Assembly: GCA_951406725.2 (NCBI GenBank)
Contig: OX597819.1
Coordinates: 116,312,001 to 116,376,000, forward strand
DNA from: Octopus vulgaris
Taxonomy: Eukaryota
DNA: 64,000 nt
Direction of reading: 5' to 3'
Shown here: piece by piece, positions 28,735-41,614 of the stretch
Numbering within the stretch: the stretch's first letter is position 1
How the letters are laid out: every line of letters starts with the position of its first letter
The notes under the pieces: generated by a model
Databases searched by the model: none
Told to the model about the DNA's origin: nothing
What the model saw: only the letters and a program-made list of their open reading frames with translations
Position numbers and translations under genes: made by a program

Positions 28735-29430
28735 AGATTGTCAGGCATCAATTCACAAAACCACATGCACCAAATATTATTGGTGTAAAAGAAAAATTAT
28801 AATTAAGACATAGAAGCTGGAGTTTCGAAGCAGTTGTCCATAGTTATAAACATTATCCATGATTCCCAAACAGATATTAGCATCACCATGGCAACTGACC
28901 TCTAGGATAGTACGTACATTTTCTGCCTGTTCCAAACAACAATATCTGGCCCGTTACATTTGCACTTGACTGAAGATTAGATGGACATATTCCACCAAAA
29001 TCCTTTTATTGTTGTTTACGTACGTATTCAAAATCAGATAGGTTCTGTGTATTTATTCCAGGACAATCTCTTTCTAATGGATTTCTATATTGTTTTAGCG
29101 ACAACGTCGTTTTCCAAATGGCGGTGGTACATTAACGACATCTTGCGCAGTTGTTTATCACATGTGTGATAACTTATACAGACATGACATAATCCATATC
29201 TTCGGTTGCATCTTGAGGCTCCGAAGGCTACACTGTCTCTTTTGAGACCTCTAATTTTTTCATCTCATCTTATGTACAGCCTGTTCAAATAATTGTTTCT
29301 CTGTGGCTTTCCTGTTGATGTCATGACCTTGCGGGTTTTAATATCAATGGAATAGATTTCTTCTACAGACGAAGCAGATAAACTAAATGTTAGAATCAGC
29401 ACTGATAATGAAAATGCACCATGGAATTTA
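28735..29430 (-). mobile_element. Highly degenerate RLE-type non-LTR retrotransposon 3' fragment
   Basis: Minus-strand remnants NDVVAKTI (RHD region), FWWNMSI, NGPDIVVWNR, ILEVSC, YGQLLRN, FTPIIFGACG. Confidence 0.7.
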
Positions 29431-29696
29431 TCGTCTTATAAGATGTTTCCGAATCAATGCCTAGATATTTATGTATGTGTGTATATCTGTCTCAATCTTT
29501 GTGTGTACAGATGGATGGATCCAATGGTGATGGATGCACATGTTTAAGGATACATCTACGTATCTATGCATGAATATCTGAATATCTATGTACATACATA
29601 TGTATGCATGTGCATAGGCATGTATGAATGTATGTGTATCTGTGTGTTTGTGTGTGTATCTATAAATATACGCACCTATCTGAATGAGTATGTATA

Positions 29697-30585
29697 TAAG
29701 CGGGGAAGTAAGTACGTACGGGACTGTTGGTATAGTAACGAAGCGAAGGCAAGAAGTGTAAAGCCACTTGGCAAAGACTGACCTTACTCTGTTGTGCATC
29801 TGCACTAAGCTTTAACGTTCTAGCTTAGTTCCTTGCAGAGCTTGGAATGATGTGCAGTGTGTGATCGTTGCATTGACCATGATACAGAAAGTTGTCATGG
29901 CGATACATGTTCAGAGGTTTACGCAAAGTTTCAGAAAGCGTATGGAGAGGAGTATATGAGCCGCACACAAGTGTACGAGTGGTTCAGACGTTTCTAAGAT
30001 AGCCGAGAAAATGTCGATATTGACGAACGTTCTGGGACGCCCGCAACCAGCAGATTTGAGAAAATACTCGATGTACCTGCAACTGTAACGGGAAATTGTC
30101 GAATTACCATCCGTGATTATCAGAGGATATACAGATGAGTTATAGTTCAGTTCAGTTCAGTTCAGTCCATTATCAATGAAGATTTGGGTATGGGATGTGT
30201 ACCTGTCAGGTTTGTGCCAAAACTGCTTTCGGTTGATCAAAAAGACACTAGGTTTTCTGTTGCACAAAATCTTGATTGTACCGAGAGCGATGAAAACTTT
30301 CTGAAAACTTTGCGTAGGCCTCTGAGCAGGTATCGCCAAACTTTTGACAAAATTTGATGCACATTCTCTGCTCAAGTTTTACTGTCGTGGTCAATGCGTC
30401 GATCACATGCTATATACCTTCCTTCCAAGCACTGCTGTAAACAGCGAAAGTGAACTAGGATATTAAAACTTAGTGAGCATGTACAATCGAGTTTAAGGTC
30501 AGGTTGTGCCAATCGGCTTTATCTGTGCGTGCTTTCGTTTCGTTACTATGGCAGCAAGCCTAATACTTATTGATCACACCACTTC
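29697..30585 (+). mobile_element. Mariner-derived non-autonomous element
   Basis: HTH remnant QKAYGEEYMSRTQVYEWFRRF*DSRENVDIDERSG. Long imperfect subterminal inverted repeats; right end atacttattgatcacacc. Confidence 0.8.
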
Positions 30586-30924
30586 TTTACAAATATTTAT
30601 GTGTGTATTTATATATGTACGTGTGAATATACGCATGTACGCATATGTGTTTGTGTATGTGCCTGATTGTACACCTCTATGCATATGTGCTCGGTCACGA
30701 GAATGCTCATTCGAACGAAAACCCATCCGTGCTGTTTACGTACTTTCAAAAAAAAAAAAAAAAATTCAGCCCCGAAGCTCTGTTCTACATATATATTAAT
30801 TGCACAATTACTGCAAATTTACTCTCCTATGAAACTGTTACAGCTGCTCTACATCGAGTAAAATCTATAAGCTACATAACTGTATTTTCCTTATGACTTT
30901 AATCATAAATAATTCTTGTACCTT

Positions 30925-31205
30925 TGTAATTGTTTCAGTCATTTGACTGCGGCCATGGTGGAGCACCGCCTTTAGTCGAAGAAATCGACCACAGGACTTA
31001 TTCGTTGTAAGCCTAGTACTTATTATATCGGTCTATTTTGCCGAACCGCTAAGTTACAGGGACGTAGACACACCAGCATTGGTTGTCAAGCGATGTTGGG
31101 GGACAAACACAGGCACGTAGATACATACACACACACATACATACATACATACATTCATACATGCATTCATACATACATACATACATACATACATACATAC
31201 ATACA

Positions 31206-31239
<34 letters not shown>

Positions 31240-31400
31240 CGACGGGCGTCTTTCAGTTTCCGTATACCAAATCCACTCATAAGGCTTTGGTTAGTCCGAA
31301 GGTATAGTAGAAGTCACCTGCCTAAGATGCCACGCAGTGGGACTGAACCCGGAACCATGTGGCTTGTAATCAAACTACTTACCACACAGCCACTCCTGCG
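30925..31400 (-). mobile_element. SINE group B with expanded internal (TACA)n
   Basis: Homologous to the 19350 copy. Confidence 0.9.
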
Positions 31401-32240
31401 CCGTAACGAAAATCGTTACCAAATTCTTCTTCTCCTAATATTTCCACACAGAAGTGTAACTACCGAAGATACACTCACTACACACGCTTTCTTTTCAATT
31501 TTAAATTACAAAAGATGGAGAAGTCCCTACGTCTCTAACATGACAACTACACGAAGGCAGCAATACTTGAAATATCTGTGGGCATTGCTAATCTTATACG
31601 GAAAAAAAGTAAATGACATAAAAATGATGCCATAAATGATTAATCATTGCTAATCTGTGATCTTAATTGACCTACAGATATTACATAACCTTCAGAAACA
31701 AGTCATTCTTCTCAATTATTCATTGATATATGTCTTATATAATTATAACAATTCTCGTAGTTACATTAATCATCAGATTCGTTAAGTTAAGTAACCTAAC
31801 TCTTCCATTTAAACTTAAATACGTTAGACAGAATAAAAGTAATTTACTGTAGCATTCACAAGTCTTCCGTAATTCTTATTGGCATATAGAAAGCTTTCAA
31901 AAGGAAAATCGAAGTTTGGTTAGTTCGATGGATGAACAACAGAAGACAACAGAAATTTGTTAATCTTTGAATCAAGTCCAAATTAAGTTTAATTACTCGT
32001 ATATTTAAACACATACTGATACATAGAGCAGCAATGAGAAAGCATACATATACGTACGTAAACATTTTTCCTGACAAATGTATATAATTTTTGCTGTTAG
32101 ATGGATTACACTTAGCAAGAAACACTGAGAGGGGCCAGGGCGCATTATCAACTTCGAAAGAATAAATAAAGATAAATAAGGTCTATCTCCTATATATATA
32201 TTGAGAACCTCTCTTCTGCCAGTACATCCATAAAGGCACA

Positions 32241-32385
32241 TTATTTACATTATTTAATTTATTTACATTTGACGGATATTAGTCTTCATCTTATTTGTTG
32301 TTAACACAACGTTTCGGCTGATATATCCTCCAGCTTACATGTGTCTTGGAGAAATTTCGAACCTGGGTTCTCATTCCTAAGGTAT

Positions 32386-32457
<72 letters not shown>

Positions 32458-32552
32458 TTAGTAGCCAGTGCTCTTAACCACTCCATGCCCACGGGTATAT
32501 GGTGTAGTGGTTGAGAGCGCGGGCAACTAACCCCAAGATTCCAGGTAGTAAT

Positions 32553-32610
<58 letters not shown>

Positions 32611-32790
32611 GTAATAATAATGATAATAATAATAATAAAACATCGAAAAATACGTTATGAATGAGAATCCAGGTTCGAAATTTCCCTAAGGCACCTGATG
32701 AGGTGTGTAGGGTACATCAGAAGAAACGCTGTGTTAACAACGAACAAAATTAGGACAAATATCCAGCAAATATAAATAATGTAAATAACG
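32241..32790. mobile_element. Head-to-head inverted pair of a tRNA-like head / (TAA)n / hammerhead element
   Basis: Left arm (-) at 32241-32490 and right arm (+) at 32493-32790 share head, TAA run and body. Both hammerheads are degenerate here; an intact copy is at 44216-44259. Confidence 0.8.
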
Positions 32791-32901
32791 TACACAATTT
32801 CTCATTTCTTAGATATAGAACTGTATCGATACAGACAGATATATATTGAGTTGCTTTGACTTTTATTTCTAGCAATATTGCCCATTATTCACTTTAGTGC
32901 A

Positions 32902-32959
<58 letters not shown>

Positions 32960-32963
<4 letters not shown>

Positions 32964-33140
32964 GCGATTTTTCCTCCGTCTTCCCTTCCTTGGATCTTTC
33001 CTTTTCCTAGGTTTCTGACGAAGAGCTCCGCTCGAAACTTGATATCCTCCTTCATTCCTTCCTGAGCGTCTAATAACACTATACTTGTTCCACGTCCTCG
33101 CGTTGTGTTTTCTCTTGTTGTTTTCATGTTTGGATTAATT
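32960..33140 (+). mobile_element. Penelope-like 3'/pLTR fragment with hammerhead core at 33011-33040
   Basis: GTTT-CTGACGA-A-GAGC(TCC)GCTC-GAAAC, with the cleavage side decayed. Homologous to 56420-56590. Embedded in (TA)n. Confidence 0.7.
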
Positions 33141-33294
33141 ATATATATATATATATATATATAAATATATATACATATATATCGCTATTGTATTTTTAGG
33201 TGTTCAATTTTATGAAATATTAATGAATTTTTTTAAATTGTATATTTTTTTAATTTTTAAAATCTCTTAAATTTTGTATAAATATATTAGGAAG

Positions 33295-33327
<33 letters not shown>

Positions 33328-33414
33328 TTTTTTAAAATTCTTATTTTTAATGAAGATATCTTAGAATTTATAGGATTAAGCTGGATCCACTAATAATAAT
33401 AATAATAAAAAGAA

Positions 33415-33497
33415 AATAGCCTGAGGACGCACTGGTGGATTTATGTATTAGGTACGGCCTGGTAAATCAAACTACGAGGGCAGAAACACGTAGCGTT
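33415..33497 (+). ncRNA. Candidate, partly degenerate type-I hammerhead with long stem II
   Basis: AATAGC-CTGAGGA-CGC...GGCA-GAAAC-AC-GTA|GCGTT. Confidence 0.45.
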
Positions 33498-33850
33498 GAT
33501 TAATATTATCTTCTTTTCCCACAGACTAATAACAGGTAACATATATTTTTTAAAATATGTTTAAGTAATTTTAAATTAATTCTATTGTTCTTTATTTTAT
33601 TGTACGTTATAGTAGGCTTTAAAATGCTTATATTATTAGATTAGTATTTTGGATATAACTTTCTATGTTTACTCCAGTAAATATGGTTGTCCTGAAATTG
33701 AAGTTGTGGTCTTATTGGTAAAGACCCAAATTTGTAATAATAATATTATAATGGATACTGTTTGCTTTGCATTAGTAAAGTGTAAAATAGTAAATATCCT
33801 GATAACCTGGAATAATTAGCATTCCCTGAGTTTTATATATATATATATAT

Positions 33851-34146
33851 ACGAGAAAGAAGCAACAAGAATGGATTGGTTTTTAGTACAATTGTTTCAT
33901 ACAAAGACAGGCTTTATTACAAGTTGCAAAAATTGCAGCAGATAAAAGTGCCCCGTACTCATCAGCTAAAATACATTTGAGTTCTCTAGACATCTTAGTG
34001 GGTGAGGTTATACTCATGAAATATTGGAGATAGTTCCATTAGAGGCAGATATAGGTTGTAAACAGTTTTCCAAAGTTCCTTAATGATGATGCACAGTCTT
34101 ATCACAGATTTTTAAAAAACTTATTAGTTTCGAAGAGAAGATGAAT

Positions 34147-34148
<2 letters not shown>
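33851..34148 (-). mobile_element. Penelope-like 3' fragment flanked by (TA)n
   Basis: Contains the hammerhead at 33881-33971 and is bounded by (TA)n on both sides. Confidence 0.65.
33881..33971 (-). ncRNA. Type-I hammerhead ribozyme, intact, extended stem II
   Basis: TTTTAG-CTGATGA-GTACGGGG...CTTTGTAT-GAAAC-AATT-GTA|CTAAAA. 6-bp stem I; palindromic stem III ACAATTGT. Confidence 0.8.
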
Positions 34149-34199
<51 letters not shown>

Positions 34200-34523
34200 T
34201 TCATATGACATGCGTGTGAGATTCACTATCCTAACTGACCGTCCTATTGCGAAAAGAGTCGTTTTTGTAGTGAGTCGATTACGGTAGTGGTTAAATTCTA
34301 AGGTATCTTGAATTAACTTTCATATCTATAATTCGAGAATCCTTTCTGGTTGACATTGACCGCCAGCATATATTCTATCTCTCAGTACTCAACTATTTTG
34401 TTTCTTGTTTACACAACGTATTATCTTATATGCCTTCCTCTCTACGACCATAATATACTATTCCTATAAACAACTCCTATTATAGTCTTTGCACCTTATA
34501 TTCTAATACATATACATATATTA

Positions 34524-35091
34524 TAGCTTTGTCCGGAAAGTTCGTGCAGAATTTTAAAGGAAAGTAAAAGGTCAATAAATACTTGCAATTACATTTTTAA
34601 TCGACCAAATATGAACCATTTTGTGTCTCTCAATGTATCTCCATCTTTCCTTTAACTTGAAAATACCCTCTTCCCAGAATTGAGGTGGTTTCCAGGCAAA
34701 TACTTCATCAAAGTATCTTTTTACGTCATCCAAGGAATTGACATTTTTACCATTAAGACTATTCTGCAGAGACCTGAATAAGTGGAAATCCGAAGGAGCA
34801 ATATCTGGTGAATATGGAGGGTGGGGTAACACATCCCAGCCGAGCTGCAGCAATTTTTGTCTGGTTCCCAAAGCATCAAGTGCCGAAAATGAACTTTCTT
34901 ATCTTCCATTTTAAAGGTTTACAGAATTAACGCAGGTTACAGGAACATAAATCTTCTTCCTCGAAAAGATAGCTTAAACTGTGCTCTAAATGGAAGTGTA
35001 GTCAAATCCTAATTTCTGGACACAAACATGTTCTAAAATAAGTCGAAACGTAAGCTACTATAAATCGGCACGAAATTTCCTGACAACCCAA
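34524..35091 (-). mobile_element. Internally deleted mariner, same family as 24228-24685
   Basis: TIR ttgggttgtcaggaaattt. MEDKKVHFRHLML joined to LGWDVLPHPPYSPDIAPSDFHLFRSL. Confidence 0.9.
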
Positions 35092-35755
35092 TACATCATG
35101 CAGTTGAATTTAAGATATTACTTTTGTAAATCGTCAAACTTTTCTCGATCTCTACAATACGAACATGAGAATCACATTGATATTCCAATGAAATCTTAAA
35201 TAATTCTATTTATAATATATTACCATATAAAACTAAGTATTATTCTTGTTAGTGAAAATAATGCAGTAAAATGGAAACGAATCTTATACTTATCCGTTAC
35301 TGCTATACTATTTCAAGCGCTTAGTCTCTGTATATCCAGCTTTCCAATTGAAAATAGCAGTAGATAAGGATAGCTAATCTCTATATAACTACATTGGGAT
35401 AATACTATTCTATTACAGTGTAATAGTATCAGTCCAGGCAGTAATTATACAATGGAAATAAATAATGCTTATGCAATCCTAATTGTGACGCATCACGTTG
35501 ACTACCGTGTTTATATTCTTTCTTTGTTCACATCTCGAAATGTCTTGTGACAAAGTTCTCTTTCCTAACGATGAATGTTTCTCTCTCCTGGACCGATTTT
35601 TCTAGATTGTCATTCCCCTAAGCTGGATTAATCCGTCATATTGACAAGCGTGGTTTTTATCCGAGTACATAGCAACAATCCTGATATATATGTATGTAAG
35701 AACACTATGTATGTATGTATGTATGTAGGGATGTATGTATGCATATATATTTACG

Positions 35756-35816
<61 letters not shown>

Positions 35817-35865
35817 TTATATGCATATGTGTGTGCGGGTGAAAGAGAGGGAAAGCGATGGAGAA

Positions 35866-35902
<37 letters not shown>

Positions 35903-36250
35903 GAGAGAGAGAGAGAGGTGCAATGACAAAAATGATAGATATGTTTAAACATGTATATGCACTCACACTTTCTCTCTCTCACACACACAAACATACCCAT
36001 ATATGTATGTGTTTATATACTTATGTATATATTGATGTGCATATATATTTATTTAGACACATAAAGATATACAGATGAAAGTGATAAAAAGCTATAGTTA
36101 AGATAGATACACATATGTCTTTACATATCTATGTGTGTGTGTAAATATATATATATATATATATATAATTAATTAAGGGTAGAAATTGATATTTATCAAT
36201 TAAGACCTGTGGTCTAGCATATTAAAAAAGAATCCGAGGATTAAAATATT

Positions 36251-36453
36251 TATATATACCAATTAAGGACTGAACACGAAAAGTGGACAGTCAACATGCT
36301 AGATATAGACGTCAAATCGCCATTCACCACAAAAGATTATGTTCTCAGATTATGTTGAGTTTGATCTGAGAACATAATCTTTTGTGGTGAATGGCGATTT
36401 GACGTCTATATCTAGCATGTTGACTGTCCACTTTTCGTGTTCAGTCCTTAATT

Positions 36454-36463
<10 letters not shown>
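36251..36463. repeat. Perfect inverted repeat, 100-bp arms with 13-nt loop
   Basis: 36251-36350 is the exact reverse complement of 36364-36463. Loop tatgttgagtttg. Confidence 0.95.
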
Positions 36464-36498
<35 letters not shown>

Positions 36499-37227
36499 GT
36501 GTATGCGTGTACGTTTCTGTGTATGCATACCGGCTTACTGTCATGACGTCTTGTGTGGTTATTTTAGTTTATTCTCTCAACGGTTCATCTATTCTTAAAC
36601 AGCTTAGAATATATCTATCTTTGTCAATTGTAAAATTCTATTAAATCTTTTATCGACACTGTTCTTTACCATTTTCTTTATCACTTATGACCTTGTGGGG
36701 ATATTTCTTTCATTAAAATTTTATATATTTAATTCTTAATTCCTTGAAATACAGATACCATTTTTTTTTGTTTGTTTTTTTATCTCATTACACGCAGCCC
36801 GAAACTAGCGAAATATATAGTAATTCTTTCATTCGAAGTCAAACATAATTACATAAATAGATGTACGTATAAATTCACACACGCTCACGACGCAGACACG
36901 CATTTCTGTATAACTTTTAAATAAAGTAATCGCTTTTAATACCAGAGCATTTAATGAAACCTTTGAGAGTAGAGTTCGTGTTAAGAAAGCGAGTTTACTT
37001 AGACACAATAATCCTGTTTGTATTCAGTGCAGTCGAATACTCGTTACCGAAAGGTTGCAGCACATATGAAATGCAAGTTCGATGGCCAGAGTAAACAAGT
37101 TCACTTCCTTCTTATGATTTTCATGAGACTAAGGCTGAGACAATTTAAACTTTTTAGATGTTCAACTCTCAATTCTGTGTTATTGCTTGTTTATAAGAAA
37201 CTAATAATATGACTGTGTGTCTGCCTT

Positions 37228-37320
<93 letters not shown>

Positions 37321-37523
37321 ACTTCCACGGATAAACCTTATCTGCTTTCCCCTTTACACTTTACATCATGACATTTCTGTGATACACGATATTTATTGAT
37401 TGTTTTTTTTCTTTACTTTTTACGATCACATTTGATCGAAAATCTACCCCACATTTTTTTCTCCTGAAAAAGAAAAACTCTTTGTCCCTTCTTTGTTTAA
37501 CCCTGTGTGTCTAATAAAGAAAC

Positions 37524-37592
<69 letters not shown>

Positions 37593-37600
37593 AAATAATA

Positions 37601-38622
37601 TCAGGGTAATAAAGATTTTAGAAATGTTTTTATTTTTCATTCAGTTCAAATGTGGTCAGACATCGGTAGAAACTGTTTCTATTCCTGGACGACAGCATTC
37701 CGCCATTGATGGCGACACCACCCATAACATCGTAGCCGCCATTTTGGAGGAGCGTCGCATAACTATTCGTCAACTAGCCCAAGAAGTGAAAGTAAGTGTA
37801 GGGACTGTGGAAAAATCATTCACGACCATTTGCACACGTGGGAGTTGTCTGCCCGATGGATACATCTGATGTTCCCACGTTATCAGAAGCGGGAGATATC
37901 TCATTTGGCAATGTGTCAAAAAATAAAAAAAAGCAAGGAACACTTTTGCGTCAGACTTATCACAGATATGAAACATGAGTCCATCACTAAGATCCTGAGA
38001 CTAAGGTCGAATGGAAGTAATGGAAGCATGATAACTCATAACCCCAAAAGAAGGCTCGTGTCCAACCGTCAGCAGGCAAAGTGATACTCATAGTCTTTTG
38101 GGACCAGCTCGGAGTAGTGGTGATGGATTTTCTTGCAAAGGGCATCACAGTTAACGGGGCATATTGTTCTTCTCATTTTGCACAAATTGCAAATCACCAC
38201 CAAAGCAAGAGAGGCGTGGCATGCTGACCAAATGTGTCCGCTTCCTGCAAGACAACTCCCTAGTTCACATTGCACATGTTGCCCAGATGAAAGCACACTG
38301 CCGTGACTATGAAATCCTCCCTCACCCCCTTACTCTCCCGACCCCGTACTATCTGACTTCCATCTCTTTCCAACCATGAAGTCTTTTTTTTAAAGGGTAA
38401 GCACTTTTCGTATTATGATGAACTTATTTCCGATGAGAAGTCTTGGCTCCAGACCCAACTTACCAACTTCTACAGACGAGGTCTTCAAAGTTGCATAAAG
38501 CGATGGTAGAAGTGTCACCATTGGTGGTGGCTATTTAGAGAAGGATTAATAATTATGCCAAGTTTCGCTTATCCCAGTCCTTGGGAAGTGGGTCAGGGGA
38601 AATCTTTAATGAACACCCTTCG
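37601..38622 (+). mobile_element. Degenerate mariner transposon
   Basis: RRITIRQLAQEVKVSVGTV, LSARWI, GKVILIVFWD, FLQDNS and PHPPYSPD..SDFHLF. Right TIR aaatctttaatgaacacccttcg followed by TA. Confidence 0.88.
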
Positions 38623-38639
38623 TATATGATGTGTAATTT

Positions 38640-41050
38640 GTACGATTTTTACGCGCATAGGTATGTTGGTTGTCGATGTAAAGAAATTGCTTTCAGTGAG
38701 ATCTGTATGGCCTTGTATCTGTTCCGTCAGAACTTTGTCGCGTTTATGACAGTGTAGTTCATGTTTAAATTTCGTTCGTGTTGGGATTCCTGAAAAAGCT
38801 GTTGTGCGTGTGAATTAGGCTGTGCCTGTAGTAGTGGTATCTGTGAGTATGCCGGTAGTAGGGGTGTCTGTGTGTTGTGGCAGTGTTGGGGATAATGTTG
38901 AGAATGTTAGAGTGGCTATGGCTGGGAGTGCTGCTTGAGCATTGTTACTCAGGGACAACTTCCTCGTTTATTCGTATTTGATAGCTTTTTGTATTGGTGT
39001 AATTTCTCTTGGCCTTGGTGACCATTTGCCATCTAGGCTTCTCGCTATACACTTCATTACAGCACATACAAAATCTAAGTGACCTGAAAACGGAAGGGGT
39101 ATGTTTTGGGGAGATTTTTGTGTGTTTTATTTTACCTTGATGTTATTATCTTTGGAGTTTCTGCAGGTGCTGTTGTCGTTGTTCTTGGTGTTGGTGATGT
39201 TGCTGCGGATGCTGTATTAATTGTTGTTGCAGCTGTATTCGCAGCTGTTAATTTCGGTCCTGTAAATGATGGTGTGTGACAACCTGCCTCTCTTGCTGCT
39301 GTTGTTTCTATTTTTCTCGCTGTTGCTGTTGTTGTTGTTGTTGTGTTGTGATGATGATGGTGGTGTTGATGATGGTGTTGGTAGTGGTGATGATGGCAAT
39401 GATCTCGGCTGGAGCGCTTTTACTTTTTTGGGGCTGTTGGCAAACGACTTTTATATTAGGACAAATTTGTTCGTATTAAGTTCTCTACCGAAGCAAGGCA
39501 CGATAACCTTGCTACCTCCTCGGAATAATAAAACCAAAACAAAACAAAAAACAAAACAAAACAAATAGGCATAAAAAATATTTGAGGGGTCTCAAATAAA
39601 CCAGCCTCTCAGTCCTCAAGAAAATATAGCTCAAAGAGTGAGGACTTCATCGAAGGTGTATTACATATTAGATCTAGTGAGGACTATTGAATAGAAAAAG
39701 CCTTCCATATCCATGTTTTAGTCACATCGAGGGACCACTAATGTACCTGGAGTGGAAATGGCCCGTTATCCACCCTAGGGGAAGGTATACCATCGGCCAA
39801 ATGTGGAGGGGCAGCACCCTCGGCCTGGCATGCGGGCCTCGTCATTAGACCCACAAATCACCAGCTTATACGCAATCTCTGCATTTGTTTTTACATGGAT
39901 TAAAAAAAATCGACAAAAGTCAAAAATTAAGAAATTGGGGTGAGGGAAATAAAATTTTGAAAACGTGATTTTTGGGCAAAATCGTATTCTCCTATATCGA
40001 AAAATATAGAAATCCGAAGAAATGTTTGAAGCAGAAAAACACCGGAAATGGGTGGTTTTTACTTTTTCTGGCTGTTGGCAAACGACTTTGAGGTGATTTG
40101 TGTCCCCGCGCAGGTGAAATTTCGCCTTTTTGCCCCACGTGAAGATTTGTGCCATCTGGTAGAGTTGTTGAGTGCGTTTTGGCCTCTTCTCCTGATGCGA
40201 TTCTCACTTCGATGGTCCCATATTTTCCTCTCTAGCTCTATAAGTTTTGTTCTTCCTAACTGGTAGCCGACAATTTTTTCAATCTTCTGGTATGTTGCCT
40301 CTTTTATTCTAATGCTTGATCCAATTATTTTGTATAGAACTGTCATCAAATAATGATAATCCTGCTGGACAGACCTACGACATTCAACGTCATATTTTGC
40401 CCATATTTATCTTCTTAAAGCAGTTTTCATTTATGTTAATTTCTTTGCTTATCTGCTGCATCGCGTCGGCGAAACCGCCAACGGCTGATTTGCATGGCTC
40501 ATTTTCATTATTCATTCTTTCTCCGTCAATGATATTGGCGCTTCTGGGTTTGTTGTTGCCACTGGCTGGAGATAGCAGTGTTCTCGCTTGTGTTGTTTGT
40601 TGTCATTTTAATGTTACCTTCATAGCACTGCGGAGAGTTTTAGCATCGAGAATTACGTTCATACCCTTCACTTGCTACGTTGTTGTTATTGTTGGCATTG
40701 GCGTCGTCATCGACATTCTTGTTGTTGTAGTCATTGTCATCGTAGTCCTTGTTACTTTTGCTTCTTTTACTGTCTTTTACAATTTGACTATTCTATTCTG
40801 CAGATGACTGATTGTTCTTTTCAGCGGACGAATAATCATCGTCCCTCATCTTTGATTTTCAAACAAACATTGAGGGGCGTGTTTATTACAAAACCTCAAT
40901 TTAGCTCCTAAGCGCTATATGTGCAGAAAAAACTAGCTTCTTAAACCTGTTGTTAGTTCATCTTTATAATGATAACAAATGTGCAATACGTAAATCTATG
41001 AAACAATATATCTACAAAATTACGGGAGCGGCGTGCAATAAGTGTCGATA
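38640..41050 (-). mobile_element. Third, strongly degenerate ORF1-type retroposon
   Basis: TLPDGTNLHV followed by a decayed knuckle FHLRGDTNHLKVVC, then Q/T/P-rich low-complexity coding. Same layout as the other two. No RT seen. Confidence 0.5.
39452..40056 (-). mobile_element. ~600-bp non-coding insertion with a long TSD
   Basis: ggctgttggcaaacgacttt is duplicated at 39432-39451 and 40070-40089, extendable imperfectly to ~33 bp. Confidence 0.7.
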
Positions 41051-41099
41051 GACGAACAACAAAAATAATAATAACAATAACAATAATAACAATAATGGC

Positions 41100-41493
41100 T
41101 TCAAATTTTGTCATATGGACAGCCATTTTGGGGAAGGGGACGAGTCGATTACATGAACTCCAGTGTTGAACTGGTACTTATTATATCGACTTCGAAAGGT
41201 TGAAATGCAAAATGAACCCCGGTGGAATTTGACCTCTGATCGGAGCGACGGGTGAAATACCTATTTCTTTACTATCCACAAGGGGCTAAACACAGAGGAG
41301 ACAAACAAGGACAGACAGACGGATTAAATCGATAATATCGACCGGGGTGCGTAACTGGTACTTATTTAATCGACCCCGAAATGATGAAAGTCAAAGTCGA
41401 CCTCGGCGGAATTTGAACTCAGAACGTAGCGGCAGACGAAATACCGCTAAGCATTTCGTCTAGCATGCTAAAGATTGTGCTAGTTCGCCACCT
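41100..41493 (-). mobile_element. Two tandem SINE group C (Nin-like) copies
   Basis: Head ggtggcgaactagcac...gagttcaaattcc (B box) and Nin-like core tttcatc.tttcggggtcgattaaataagtaccag. Confidence 0.85.
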
Positions 41494-41614
41494 TAACAAA
41501 GATAATAATTATAACAGACTTCAGTATTTGACTGATTCTTCTTTTGTAGAAGCCAACAAAATGAAAGCAATGTGGACATCGATGAAATTTGAGCTCAGAA
41601 CCTAAAGAAGTCAA

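Noticed and set aside
39815-39848. Hammerhead-like atgacgaggcc...ggccgagg on the minus strand
   Set aside because: Both core halves deviate (no C3, GAGG instead of GAAA) and there is no stem I or III.
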